Made by a program: the position numbers and the translations under genes
Notes under the pieces: generated by a model
The model's input: only the letters and a program-made list of their open reading frames with translations
What the model was told of the DNA's origin: nothing
The model's database searches: none
Assembly: GCA_026193155.1 (NCBI GenBank)
Contig: JAPHSI010000136.1
Location: forward strand, 1 to 34,236
DNA: 34,236 bases
Source: Sulfurimonadaceae bacterium
Lineage (GTDB): Bacteria > Campylobacterota > Campylobacteria > Campylobacterales > Sulfurimonadaceae
Direction: 5' to 3'
Shown: positions 1 through 9,054 of the stretch, piece after piece
Numbering within the stretch: the stretch's first letter is position 1
How the letters are laid out: each line of letters opens with the position of its first letter

Positions 1-218
1 TTATGACCTTCACCACCGATATATGAAATAACTTCAAATCCAGAAGTTAAACGAACTTTCGCAACTTTTCTTAAAGCTGAGTTTGGTTTTTTTGGTGTAG
101 TCGTATAAACACGAGTACATACACCACGACGTTGAGGGCAAGATAATAGCGCTGCAGATTTTGATTTCTTTACAACTTTCTTACGCTCTTTACGAATCAA
201 TTGATTGATTGTAGGCAT
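1..218 (-). CDS. rpsL: 30S ribosomal protein S12 (5' part; runs off window edge)
   Basis: Not in ORF track. Manual translation from ATG at 218: [72 protein letters not shown]; AAAGGA Shine-Dalgarno (SD) upstream. Confidence 0.99.
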   Translation of the reverse strand, partial: MPTINQLIRKERKKVVKKSKSAALLSCPQRRGVCTRVYTTTPKKPNSALRKVAKVRLTSGFEVISYIGGEGH

Positions 219-251
219 TGTTTTCCTTTACTTAATTTTTCCAGTAGAATG

Positions 252-276
252 TAACTCGCTGTTTCACAGGGAGTTA
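252..276 (-). promoter_or_regulatory. Stem-loop in the rpsL 5' leader
   Basis: mRNA-sense TAACTC-C-CTGT-GAA-ACAG-C-GAGTTA (6+4 bp stem, 1x1 internal loop), between a candidate -10 (TAGAAT, 298-303) and the rpsL SD. Confidence 0.45.
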
Positions 277-348
277 TAAACGCGCAATAATACTAAAATT
301 CTATTTAAAGTAAGCTTATTTTAAGAGTTAGTTTACCTATTATGGAGC

Positions 349-1482
349 TTAGGCAGTGTTTTGTAAAAGTCTTTTTGTCATCTCTTTCATTATCTGTACA
401 CTTATATTTGGATAATTATTTATTATCTCGTTAAAAGCTTTTTCACTAAAAACTAATGTAACGACATCATTTATAGCTCTTACTGTTGCTGTTCTTTTAG
501 TCTTAGCAACTATAGCAATCTCTCCAAAATAATCACTACTATGAAGTTCATTTATTTTTTCATTGTTTTTTATTATCTCAACTTCTCCACTAAGAAGTAT
601 ATATAAATTATTTGCTCTATCCCCTTGAGAGATAATTTCTTGATTTACTTCATATTCAACTACATTTGACTTTTTTGCAAGATTATATAGCTCATCAAAT
701 GATAAAGAAGCAAAAAGTGGAACTTTAGATAAATAAGCTATTTTTTCATAGCTAGTCACCTCATCACTTTGACGAATAATTTTATTTACTAAAGATTTTA
801 AATCATCATCTTCATCTACTAAAAACATTTTTAAAACATCTTTAGATTCAAATTCATAGTTTTTTACTGCAATCAAGGCAGATATATTTATATGTTTATT
901 ATCATATTCTATAAGTTTTATAATATTTTCAAGATTATGATCAATAGTTATTTTTGAAGTATTATATAATTCATTATGAATCTTTTTTAAATGACTTACG
1001 GTAGCATTGCTCATAAAATCATACATTTTAGGGCTCAAGCCTACTACATCATTATTAAAATATTTGAAAGCTCTTTTACAACTATCAAATTCAACCTCAT
1101 GATTAGAGTACATTTTTTCTAATAATTTAAATAACTCTGAAGAGAGTTTATCAAACTCTTCTTGAAGAACTTTTTTTAAGAAAAAAATCTCTATCGTACA
1201 ATCATCGTACATAGAGTTATTCATCATAGACAAAAATTCCATTTTTTCAAGTATATTTAATACATTTAAACTAAGATTTTCATTTGAAGATATTATTGTC
1301 TCCATTATTACCTCATGTTCATGTTCAGATATATTAAATTCTTTTTGTATTGATTTTAAAAAGTTTTTATTTAACTCATAATCTTTTGAGAATGCAATTT
1401 CAAGCATCTCATAGTAACTTCTAAGGTGATATTTCTTAGCATCATTTTCACTCGATACTAAATTTTTAAACAAGCTTATCAT
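349..1482 (-). CDS. Protein with C-terminal cyclic-nucleotide-binding (cNMP) domain and helical N-terminus, no HTH
   Basis: C-terminal IISQGD...LYILLSGEVEI...YFGEIA...RTATVRA is a canonical cNMP-binding pattern; protein ends before any HTH; GAGGA SD and TATAAT (1512-1517) upstream. Confidence 0.8.
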   Translation of the reverse strand: MISLFKNLVSSENDAKKYHLRSYYEMLEIAFSKDYELNKNFLKSIQKEFNISEHEHEVIMETIISSNENLSLNVLNILEKMEFLSMMNNSMYDDCTIEIFFLKKVLQEEFDKLSSELFKLLEKMYSNHEVEFDSCKRAFKYFNNDVVGLSPKMYDFMSNATVSHLKKIHNELYNTSKITIDHNLENIIKLIEYDNKHINISALIAVKNYEFESKDVLKMFLVDEDDDLKSLVNKIIRQSDEVTSYEKIAYLSKVPLFASLSFDELYNLAKKSNVVEYEVNQEIISQGDRANNLYILLSGEVEIIKNNEKINELHSSDYFGEIAIVAKTKRTATVRAINDVVTLVFSEKAFNEIINNYPNISVQIMKEMTKRLLQNTA

Positions 1483-1519
1483 TTTATTTTCCTCTACTTA
1501 CATAGAGTATTATTATACA

Positions 1520-2896
1520 CTAAAGACTCAAACTAGCCAAAAAAAACAACACACTTGTTATTGCACCACTTAATAATGCATACGGTAGTTGGGTTTTCAC
1601 ATGTTCCGCCACATCACATTCTGCCGCTAATGAAGATACAATAGTGGTGTCGGATATAGGTGAACAATGGTCACCAAATATTGCCCCTGATATCACTGCT
1701 CCAAAAAGAATTGGTGTTTCTATTCCTATTGCCACGGCTATTGGTGCGGCGATAGGAATCATAATACTAAATGTACCCCAACTTGTTCCCGTAGCAAATG
1801 CCATAATTGCACTTAATGTAAATACAACGGACGCTATAAATGAAATATGAATATTTTGACTTGCATATGAGGCTAAATACTCACCTGTTTTTAACTGACT
1901 TGTAACATCACCTATAGCAAAAGCTAAAAGCATAATAACTGCTAATGGAAAAAGATGCTTTATCCCCTTAAAAGATATAGTAAAAAATTCTTTTACCCCT
2001 ACAACTTTCTTTGGAATATAATACATAAAAATGAAAGCTAAAATACAGAGCATTGTATAAAAAACAGAACTTGAACCACTACCTTTTAGTATATTTCCAT
2101 TTCCTGTTATATATAAAAAGATAAAAACAAATAAAACCATTAAGACAATTGGTAAAATCATTAAATATTTTGAAGCTATTTTATCAGTTCGCTTGCTCTC
2201 GATTATTGGCATATTGTATTTTGAGTTTTTCATACTTTTGAAATCTATATCAAACCATATGGATATAAAAACAATCACTAATGTTACAATTGCATAAAAA
2301 TTATACATTAATGAGTTTATAAGTAAATCTATCCCATTTCCACTTATAGCTCCGGTTGATACCTGCGTTGTAATTAGTCCTAAAAGCAATGCACCATATC
2401 CATTAAATACTAAAAGAGATGAAATTGGAGCAGAAGTTGAGTCACAAACATATGCAAGTTTTGCATTTGATATATTATATTCTTTACAAAAAGGTTTACC
2501 AACCGCCCCTGCTACCAAGGCCGTTATAGAAGTCTCTACAAAAATAACTACACCGATTATATAACTAAGAAGCAAAGCCGAACGTTTTGATTTTACAAGT
2601 TTTTTTTGATTTTGAATATAATCAATAAATCCATCTACTCCGCCAGATTTTTCTATCAAAGCCATGATAGCACCGACTAATATTATAAAAGACAAAGTTT
2701 TTAAAATCCAAGCTTCGGATAATAATGATATAAAAAGCCCATAAGTAGACACTAATGTTTGTTCAATATTAAATCCCTCTATAATAAACAAACCTACAAT
2801 AGTGCCAATAAAAAGCGAAAGCAACACATTGCGTGTATATATAGCTAAAAATATAGCCAAAAGAGAAGGTAGTATGGAAAAAAATGTAGGTTCTAT
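1520..2896 (-). CDS. Na+/H+ antiporter NhaC family membrane transporter
   Basis: Multi-TM protein with DSTSAP, AFATGTSWGTFSIMIPI and GAIFGDHCSPISDTT motifs. Frame continues upstream of the TTG at 2860 as IEPTFFSILPSLLAI, so the start is uncertain (2860, 2896 or 2899). Confidence 0.9.
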   Translation of the reverse strand: MEPTFFSILPSLLAIFLAIYTRNVLLSLFIGTIVGLFIIEGFNIEQTLVSTYGLFISLLSEAWILKTLSFIILVGAIMALIEKSGGVDGFIDYIQNQKKLVKSKRSALLLSYIIGVVIFVETSITALVAGAVGKPFCKEYNISNAKLAYVCDSTSAPISSLLVFNGYGALLLGLITTQVSTGAISGNGIDLLINSLMYNFYAIVTLVIVFISIWFDIDFKSMKNSKYNMPIIESKRTDKIASKYLMILPIVLMVLFVFIFLYITGNGNILKGSGSSSVFYTMLCILAFIFMYYIPKKVVGVKEFFTISFKGIKHLFPLAVIMLLAFAIGDVTSQLKTGEYLASYASQNIHISFIASVVFTLSAIMAFATGTSWGTFSIMIPIAAPIAVAIGIETPILFGAVISGAIFGDHCSPISDTTIVSSLAAECDVAEHVKTQLPYALLSGAITSVLFFLASLSL

Positions 2897-2898
2897 AA

Positions 2899-3522
2899 TT
2901 AAAACTCTATCTCTAAAAGTGTTAGACCTACACGTCCAAATTTTTCTTTATATAACTCACACTCTTTTTGCTTAACTTCTTTAAAACCAAGCTTTTTATA
3001 CAGTAGTATAGTTTCAAGCGAACCTATTTCTACTATTGTCTGAGCTATTCTATAGCCTTTTAATCTTGCTGTTAACAAACTTTTTTGCATTAAAGCTTTT
3101 AAAACACCGACATTTATAAAGCCCTCTAGCTCTTCCATAAAATCAAATATTAACGTACGATTATTTTGTTCAAAATCACATAAAGTTAAAATATCTTCAT
3201 ATTCACTAATATCGCCCGTATAGTTAATCTCTTCTAATGATTTAATAAATGCTTCGTGCGTAGATATTCGAGGCTCGTAACTACAAAGAGTACCCACTTG
3301 TTTACCATCTATATTTGCTATTAAAAAATTGCTAAAATGACAATGATTTTTAGTTTCAGTAACCACAAGTTTTTCCAAGTAACTCAATAAATCATCATCA
3401 TTTTTAACTCCAAAAACCAAATCATATATACCTATTTTTTTTTCAGCTCTAGAACTTTGAAGAATCATTTGTGCTAAAAATCCAGCATCCTCTTTTGATG
3501 CCTTGGAAATACCTATGCTCAT
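2899..3522 (-). CDS. GNAT-fold acetyltransferase-like protein
   Basis: GNAT-like pattern (ISKASKEDA..., LIANIDGKQVG, LYKKLGFKEV); acetyl-CoA motif degenerate. Confidence 0.65.
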   Translation of the reverse strand: MSIGISKASKEDAGFLAQMILQSSRAEKKIGIYDLVFGVKNDDDLLSYLEKLVVTETKNHCHFSNFLIANIDGKQVGTLCSYEPRISTHEAFIKSLEEINYTGDISEYEDILTLCDFEQNNRTLIFDFMEELEGFINVGVLKALMQKSLLTARLKGYRIAQTIVEIGSLETILLYKKLGFKEVKQKECELYKEKFGRVGLTLLEIEF

Positions 3523-3575
3523 AATATTTTTCCGTAATTAATCTCTTTCATATTTTAGTAATAGTAACATATCTT

Positions 3576-4256
3576 ATGCTAAAAACTTTCTTAATCATCA
3601 TAAATTTGCATATATTTGTTTACGCCGCACAAATTGTGCTGGTTGTAGCCCAAAATACAGATACTTCCAAAGCAATACTACAACGATATGAGAATAACCA
3701 AAAAGTTGGTAATCCAATAGATGTAAATATTGGAAAAAATGGTCTGGCTCATGGACTAGGGATATCATCATTCAAAATAAATAATAAAGAGTCAGATAAA
3801 ATAGAAGGCGATAAAAAAGCCCCTATAGGAGTATTTAAACTACATTATCTATTTGGTTATGAAAAAAAAGATAAAAACTACAACATGAACTATATACAAG
3901 TTGATGAAAAATATACCTGTATTGACGATGCTCAATCTATATACTATAACTCTGTGCTAAACTTTGTAGACAAAGACGCTAAAAGTTTTGAGTATATGAA
4001 GCGGGATGATGACCAATACAAACTTGGTATTGTAGTAGGTCATAATGATATTAAAAAGCCAAATGCAGGTTCATGCATCTTTATACACGTTCAAAAAGCC
4101 GTAGATGCACCTACTGCCGGATGCACATCCATGAGTTATGAAGATTTAAAAGAACTCGTTTCTTGGTTGGATTCTAAAAAAGACCCTATTCTTATTCAAG
4201 TAGCAAAAAAGCATCTTAATCAAGTAAAAAAACAATATCCAAACTTGGAATTATAA
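3576..4256 (+). CDS. L,D-transpeptidase (YkuD-like) family protein, exported
   Basis: Signal peptide, EGDKKAPIG motif, catalytic GSCIFIH...PTAGC (His/Cys). Confidence 0.85.
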   Translation: MLKTFLIIINLHIFVYAAQIVLVVAQNTDTSKAILQRYENNQKVGNPIDVNIGKNGLAHGLGISSFKINNKESDKIEGDKKAPIGVFKLHYLFGYEKKDKNYNMNYIQVDEKYTCIDDAQSIYYNSVLNFVDKDAKSFEYMKRDDDQYKLGIVVGHNDIKKPNAGSCIFIHVQKAVDAPTAGCTSMSYEDLKELVSWLDSKKDPILIQVAKKHLNQVKKQYPNLEL

Positions 4257-4267
4257 TAAGGACTAAA

Positions 4268-4966
4268 ATGATAAAAATACTTTTTTCAATCTTAATGTTA
4301 TCCACTATGATATTTGCATATGAGAGTGGTCTTGAAGCTTTTAAAGCAAAAGAATATAAGAAGGCTTTTGAGTTATATACGAAAGAGGCAAAAGCCGGAA
4401 ATAGCGTCTCACAAAATGCACTTAGTTATCTGTACTTTAACGGCATCGGGACACAAAAAGATAAAGTTAAAGGTATGGAGTGGCTAGATAAGGCTGCACA
4501 TAATGCTGATGCACAAGCACAATATGATTTAGCTATGATGTACTTTGATGGTTTAAATACTAAAAAAGATTTAAAAAAAGCAGCTTTTTGGCTGGAGCGT
4601 TCTAGTGATTTGCAAAATCCAAAAGCACAATATAATCTAGCTCTAATGTACTACAATGGTGACGGAGTTGATCAAAATATAACTAAAAGTTCTCAACTTT
4701 TGGAAATTAGTGCAAAAAAAGGCTATGAGCCTTCTATACAAAATATAGGTCGCATCTATATGCAACTTATAAAATTTGACAAAGCAACTTTTTGGTTAGA
4801 AAAAAATGCACAAAACGGGGATGTAGATGCATACTACCTGCTGACTGAAATTTACTGTTCTCAAGAAAAATTTAAAAAAGCTAAACAATGGGCAAAAAAA
4901 TCTATAGAAGCTGGTAATACTCAAGCCAAAGAACTTTGGGATAAGCATAATTTGAAAAAATATTAA
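4268..4966 (+). CDS. Sel1-like repeat protein, exported
   Basis: Signal peptide; repeated AQYxLAxMYxxGxG...KA..W..AA units; AAGGA SD. Confidence 0.92.
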   Translation: MIKILFSILMLSTMIFAYESGLEAFKAKEYKKAFELYTKEAKAGNSVSQNALSYLYFNGIGTQKDKVKGMEWLDKAAHNADAQAQYDLAMMYFDGLNTKKDLKKAAFWLERSSDLQNPKAQYNLALMYYNGDGVDQNITKSSQLLEISAKKGYEPSIQNIGRIYMQLIKFDKATFWLEKNAQNGDVDAYYLLTEIYCSQEKFKKAKQWAKKSIEAGNTQAKELWDKHNLKKY

Positions 4967-5006
4967 TTATAAGATATAATTTTCATACTACACTTTGGAG
5001 TAAGTT

Positions 5007-6122
5007 ATGAAAATTATTATCTCTTTGCTATTGTTATATAGCGTCTCTTTCTCATCAAACAAATATCCTTCATCAGAGTCATGTAACGAATGTCATGAAA
5101 ATATATATCGCGAACATACTAAGTCAATGCATCACAATTCATCTATTTTCAAAGATGAAATACATGCAAAAGTTAAAAATGCAGTGAATAAAGATAAATA
5201 CAAGTGTGCAATCTGTCACATGCCTGCTGCAAAAAACCTAAGAGCACTTATGAATGGGGATGAACAGCCAAATCCTAAAAGCTATAGACAAACAGACGGC
5301 GTATCATGCTTTTTTTGTCATCAAATCAGTAAGATCTACGATTCAAAAGTTCATAAAATAAACTTCTCAAACTACAACGGTGAAAAAAAACCAACTGTAT
5401 TTGGTAACTTGAAAAAACCGTATGAAAGTAATGAACATCACTCAAAAAGCAACGAGATATATAAAAATAGTGAAGTTTGTATGGGTTGCCACTCTCATAA
5501 ACAAAATTCACACGGCTTTGAAGTATGTAATACAAAAAATCAGTATGATAAAACCAGTGATTGTATAGGGTGTCATATGCCTTCAACTCCAGGGACTATA
5601 GAGAAAAAAGACAAAGGAATGAGAGATAGTTATAAGTCTCATGAGTTTTTAGGTGTACACTCCGATGAAATGGTAAAAAAAGCAGTCAAACTAGAGTTAA
5701 GCTATAAAAATGAAAAGATAAATTTAACCATCTCAAATAAGATGGGGCATTCTATCATTACACATCCTATGAGATTAAAATTTGCAAAAACTGTTGTAAG
5801 AAGAGATGGAAAGGTTATTTGGAGTAATTTTAAAGATTCGCCTCTTGAAGATAAAAAAGCTACATTTTTAATCATACTTAAAGACGATAAGGATAATCCT
5901 TCTTTGCCAAATAAAGCAATAGGGTATAAAATAAATAGAAATCTTAAAGCAGCAGCTTCTGTAGATATAACATATGATGTAAAACTACAAAGAGGCGATG
6001 AGATATCAACAACATGGATTAGTTATATTGTCAATCCAAAAATTGCCAAAAAACTTGATATAAAAACTAAGGAACTTATAAAACCTTATATTGGAGAGAG
6101 TGAATCAATAATGGTATATTAA
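5007..6122 (+). CDS. Periplasmic pentaheme c-type cytochrome (paralog A)
   Basis: Signal peptide; five CxxCH (CNECH, CAICH, CFFCH, CMGCH, CIGCH); heme-free C-terminal domain; GGAG SD. Confidence 0.92.
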   Translation: MKIIISLLLLYSVSFSSNKYPSSESCNECHENIYREHTKSMHHNSSIFKDEIHAKVKNAVNKDKYKCAICHMPAAKNLRALMNGDEQPNPKSYRQTDGVSCFFCHQISKIYDSKVHKINFSNYNGEKKPTVFGNLKKPYESNEHHSKSNEIYKNSEVCMGCHSHKQNSHGFEVCNTKNQYDKTSDCIGCHMPSTPGTIEKKDKGMRDSYKSHEFLGVHSDEMVKKAVKLELSYKNEKINLTISNKMGHSIITHPMRLKFAKTVVRRDGKVIWSNFKDSPLEDKKATFLIILKDDKDNPSLPNKAIGYKINRNLKAAASVDITYDVKLQRGDEISTTWISYIVNPKIAKKLDIKTKELIKPYIGESESIMVY

Positions 6123-6808
6123 ACAGGTATTATTTTATACCCTGCTCCGTATACATTTGTTAAACTCTCTTTTGGTATTTTACTTCTTAATCTTTTAATA
6201 AGTGATGTTATAGAATCTGAAGAGAACTCTTTTTCTCTATCATTTTTATATATCTCATAAAAAATATCTTGTGGACTTATTGGTTGATTTGGAGTTGCAC
6301 ATAACATATTTAAAACCAATACTTCACGTGCTTTTAATGGTACAGGATTATTGTCTTTATATAAAACTTGAGATTGCATCTCCCAGTATATATCTTCTGA
6401 GAGATAAATCCTTTTTATTGCTTTTCTAATGTTTTCAACAGCTTCAAGTAATACATGTTTTAGCTTTTCTGCATTTATAGGTTTTATAAGATACGTCTCC
6501 AGATGCAACTCTATAGCTTTTAGTAATTTTTCTTCTTCAGAATGTGCACTCATTACTATTATTTTTGTATCTTTATCATCCTCTCTGATTTTTGATATCA
6601 AAGTAAGCCCGTCCATTGAAGGCATATTAATGTCGGTAATAATAATATCAGGCTTTTTATCTTTATACAACATATAAGCTTCATCTCCACACTCAGCCGT
6701 ATGAACTTTTATAAAGAAAATTTGTAAATACTCTTTTAAAAACTCTCTTAACTCATCTTCATCTTCTGCTAATAATATAGATATGTCTTTTATTTTTTGT
6801 ATTTCCAT
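6119..6808 (-). CDS. OmpR/PhoB-family response regulator
   Basis: Receiver (LLAEDE, ITDINMP, SAH, LIKP) plus winged helix (IKRLRSKI...NVYGAGY). Confidence 0.95.
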   Translation of the reverse strand: MEIQKIKDISILLAEDEDELREFLKEYLQIFFIKVHTAECGDEAYMLYKDKKPDIIITDINMPSMDGLTLISKIREDDKDTKIIVMSAHSEEEKLLKAIELHLETYLIKPINAEKLKHVLLEAVENIRKAIKRIYLSEDIYWEMQSQVLYKDNNPVPLKAREVLVLNMLCATPNQPISPQDIFYEIYKNDREKEFSSDSITSLIKRLRSKIPKESLTNVYGAGYKIIPV

Positions 6809-6821
6809 TTTAAAATCCTTA

Positions 6822-8324
6822 TTACCTTGTTTTTATAGTAAACAGTGCACCATTTTGATTATTTTGTGCACTTAATTCACCACCCATATTGTCCTCTATT
6901 ATCATTTTTGCTATGTATAACCCAAGTCCAGTTCCGATAGATTGGTGTTTGGTCGTAAAATATGGGTCAAATATTTTTGATAAGTTATTTTTACTAATCC
7001 CACCACAATTATCTGAAATACTAAGTACATTAAAGTCTGAATCTTTATATAAAGATATATCGATATGTAGATTATCTATCATTTTCTCAACTATAATATC
7101 TCTTATATTTGATAATATTGTTACTATAACTTGAACATATTCATTCATCAAACCATAAGTCTCTAAACTGTTATCTACAGATAAATTTATTTTTACATCC
7201 GTATCTTTTTTTTTGGTTAAAAAGTCAACTATACCCAATGCTTTATCTAAAGCTTGGGATATATTAAACATAGTTTTTTCTTTGTCAGGTTTATAATAGT
7301 TTATAAAATCTTCTATAGTATCTGACATATACTCCATACGTTTAGTTATACTCTTTAGTTTTTCATCAATTTCATCTTTACCAAGTCTATTAAGCTGATT
7401 CTTTTCTTCCATAATTGCCACAACCGTATTGACTATGGCAAGAGGTTGTCTCCACTGATGTGCAATATTTCCAATCATTTCACCTATCTCTGCACGTTTT
7501 GATTGAGCAAAAAGTTGACGGTCTCTTTCTTGAATGGTTTTTTCTTTCTCTTTTAACTCATCAATAGTATCTAAAAGTTCACGGTTATATTTTTCTTCAA
7601 TATAAAGGCCACAATCAAGATTTTTCATATCTTCTATAAGGTTTTTAATATATTGTTTTTGAATAACCGAACCATGTTGAGGAGCTATTAGCTCAATATC
7701 CAGCTGCTCTATCTTTTTTAGTGCGTAATTAAAAATATCGCGGCTTGGCATATATTCTTGATGAAATTGTTTAGCTTTTTCAAAATAGGTTTTATCTGCA
7801 TAAAACTCCCACGATTCTTCAATACCGCCAAAAATATCCCCCGAAAAAAGAGTTTTTGTATTTGGCTCGTAACTTACAAATGCTCCAGGCGAATGACAAT
7901 AAGGTGTAGTTAAAAATTCAAGTTCAAAGCCATTGCTAGTTACTAGTTTGTTGTCATTTTTATCTATCTTATAGTACTTAGACGTGACAAGATAGTGTTT
8001 TATCAAAACAGACATTCTAGAGTGTGTAACTATATACAAATCATCTCTATCTATAAGTTTTTCAATCTCTGGAACTGCTGCAGCCAAATCTGGATCTTGA
8101 TGATGTAAGATAATATATTTTATATCTTTTATATCTATAAGAGATTTAACTTTTCTAACTGTCTCAGAAAATTCAAGCATAGAACCGGGGTCTACCAATA
8201 TAGATTCATCTTCATTTTTTATAAGATAAGGATGACATTGAAATGGGTCGTTTTTTAATTGCATCCCGACCCAAAAAATATTTGATGCTATTTCAATAGC
8301 TTCATTATAATTATGCTTCTTCAC
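6822..8324 (-). CDS. Soluble sensor histidine kinase with N-terminal metallo-beta-lactamase-fold di-iron (ODP-like) domain
   Basis: N-terminal LVDPGS, HHQDPD, CHSPG, LFSGDIFG, IAPQHG; kinase H-box IAHQWRQPL, DNCGGI, IFDPYFTTK, GTGLGL; no TM segment; GTG start overlaps the nirE 3' end by 14 bp. Confidence 0.88.
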   Translation of the reverse strand: MKKHNYNEAIEIASNIFWVGMQLKNDPFQCHPYLIKNEDESILVDPGSMLEFSETVRKVKSLIDIKDIKYIILHHQDPDLAAAVPEIEKLIDRDDLYIVTHSRMSVLIKHYLVTSKYYKIDKNDNKLVTSNGFELEFLTTPYCHSPGAFVSYEPNTKTLFSGDIFGGIEESWEFYADKTYFEKAKQFHQEYMPSRDIFNYALKKIEQLDIELIAPQHGSVIQKQYIKNLIEDMKNLDCGLYIEEKYNRELLDTIDELKEKEKTIQERDRQLFAQSKRAEIGEMIGNIAHQWRQPLAIVNTVVAIMEEKNQLNRLGKDEIDEKLKSITKRMEYMSDTIEDFINYYKPDKEKTMFNISQALDKALGIVDFLTKKKDTDVKINLSVDNSLETYGLMNEYVQVIVTILSNIRDIIVEKMIDNLHIDISLYKDSDFNVLSISDNCGGISKNNLSKIFDPYFTTKHQSIGTGLGLYIAKMIIEDNMGGELSAQNNQNGALFTIKTR

Positions 8325-9054
8325 CCTTAAACCATTCTAACTGTTTACGTAATTCAACTACTTTTCCAACTACAATTAGTGCAGGTGTCGGGACATCTTT
8401 AGCTTTTTCAACTATATTATCTAATGTACCCACTACAACTGACTGATCTTTTGTAGTCCCTTTTGATATTACAGCACATGGAAAGCTACCTTCTTTACCA
8501 ACTTCTTTAAGTTTTTGAGTAATCTTTGGCAGATTATGCAGACCCATCAAAAATACTATAGTATCATCGGTACGAAAATTCTCCCATGGAATTTGTGATA
8601 CTTTTTTATTTGGTGATTCATGACCTGTTACAACTCTAAAACTAACTGCAACACCACGGTGTGTAACTGGAATTCCGGCATATGCAGGGGCAGATATAGC
8701 TGAAGTTATACCCGGGATTATCTCAAATCCGACTCCTCTTTCATGAAGATATGCAGCTTCTTCACCCCCGCGGCCAAATACGAAAGGGTCACCGCCTTTA
8801 AGACGAACTACATTTTCATGTTTTAGAGCATTTTGATATATAACTTCATTTATATCATCTTGAGGCATGATATGACGACCATCTTCTTTGCCTACATAAA
8901 CAAATTCACAGCCATCTTTAGACATTTCTAAAATATCAGGATTGGCTAACCTGTCATATATAATCACGTCAGCCTCTTTTATTACACGTGCTGCCTTTAT
9001 AGTTAAAAGTTCTACATCACCAGGACCTGCCCCTGTTAAATATACATTACCCAT
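8311..9054 (-). CDS. nirE: SAM-dependent uroporphyrinogen-III C-methyltransferase (NirE/CobA)
   Basis: GAGPGD, VRLKGGDPFVFGRGGEE, IPGITSA, PVTHRG motifs; directly behind nirF. Confidence 0.93.
   Translation of the reverse strand: MGNVYLTGAGPGDVELLTIKAARVIKEADVIIYDRLANPDILEMSKDGCEFVYVGKEDGRHIMPQDDINEVIYQNALKHENVVRLKGGDPFVFGRGGEEAAYLHERGVGFEIIPGITSAISAPAYAGIPVTHRGVAVSFRVVTGHESPNKKVSQIPWENFRTDDTIVFLMGLHNLPKITQKLKEVGKEGSFPCAVISKGTTKDQSVVVGTLDNIVEKAKDVPTPALIVVGKVVELRKQLEWFKGEEA

Noticed and set aside
80-105. Streptomycin-resistance allele in rpsL
   Set aside because: TTTPKKPNS is wild type at the K43-equivalent; the K88 region is outside the window.
5007-6122. NrfA or hydroxylamine oxidoreductase call for the pentaheme proteins
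   Set aside because: No CxxCK motif (NrfA) and only five hemes (HAO has eight).
7206-7214. T9 homopolymer in the kinase gene (and similar A/T runs) as phase-variation sites
   Set aside because: A/T runs are common at this composition and frames are intact; no long poly-G/C tract was seen.
6822-8324. Beta-lactamase or flavodiiron NO reductase call
   Set aside because: No HxHxDH or HxExDH motif and no flavodoxin domain; the MBL-fold domain is fused to a kinase.
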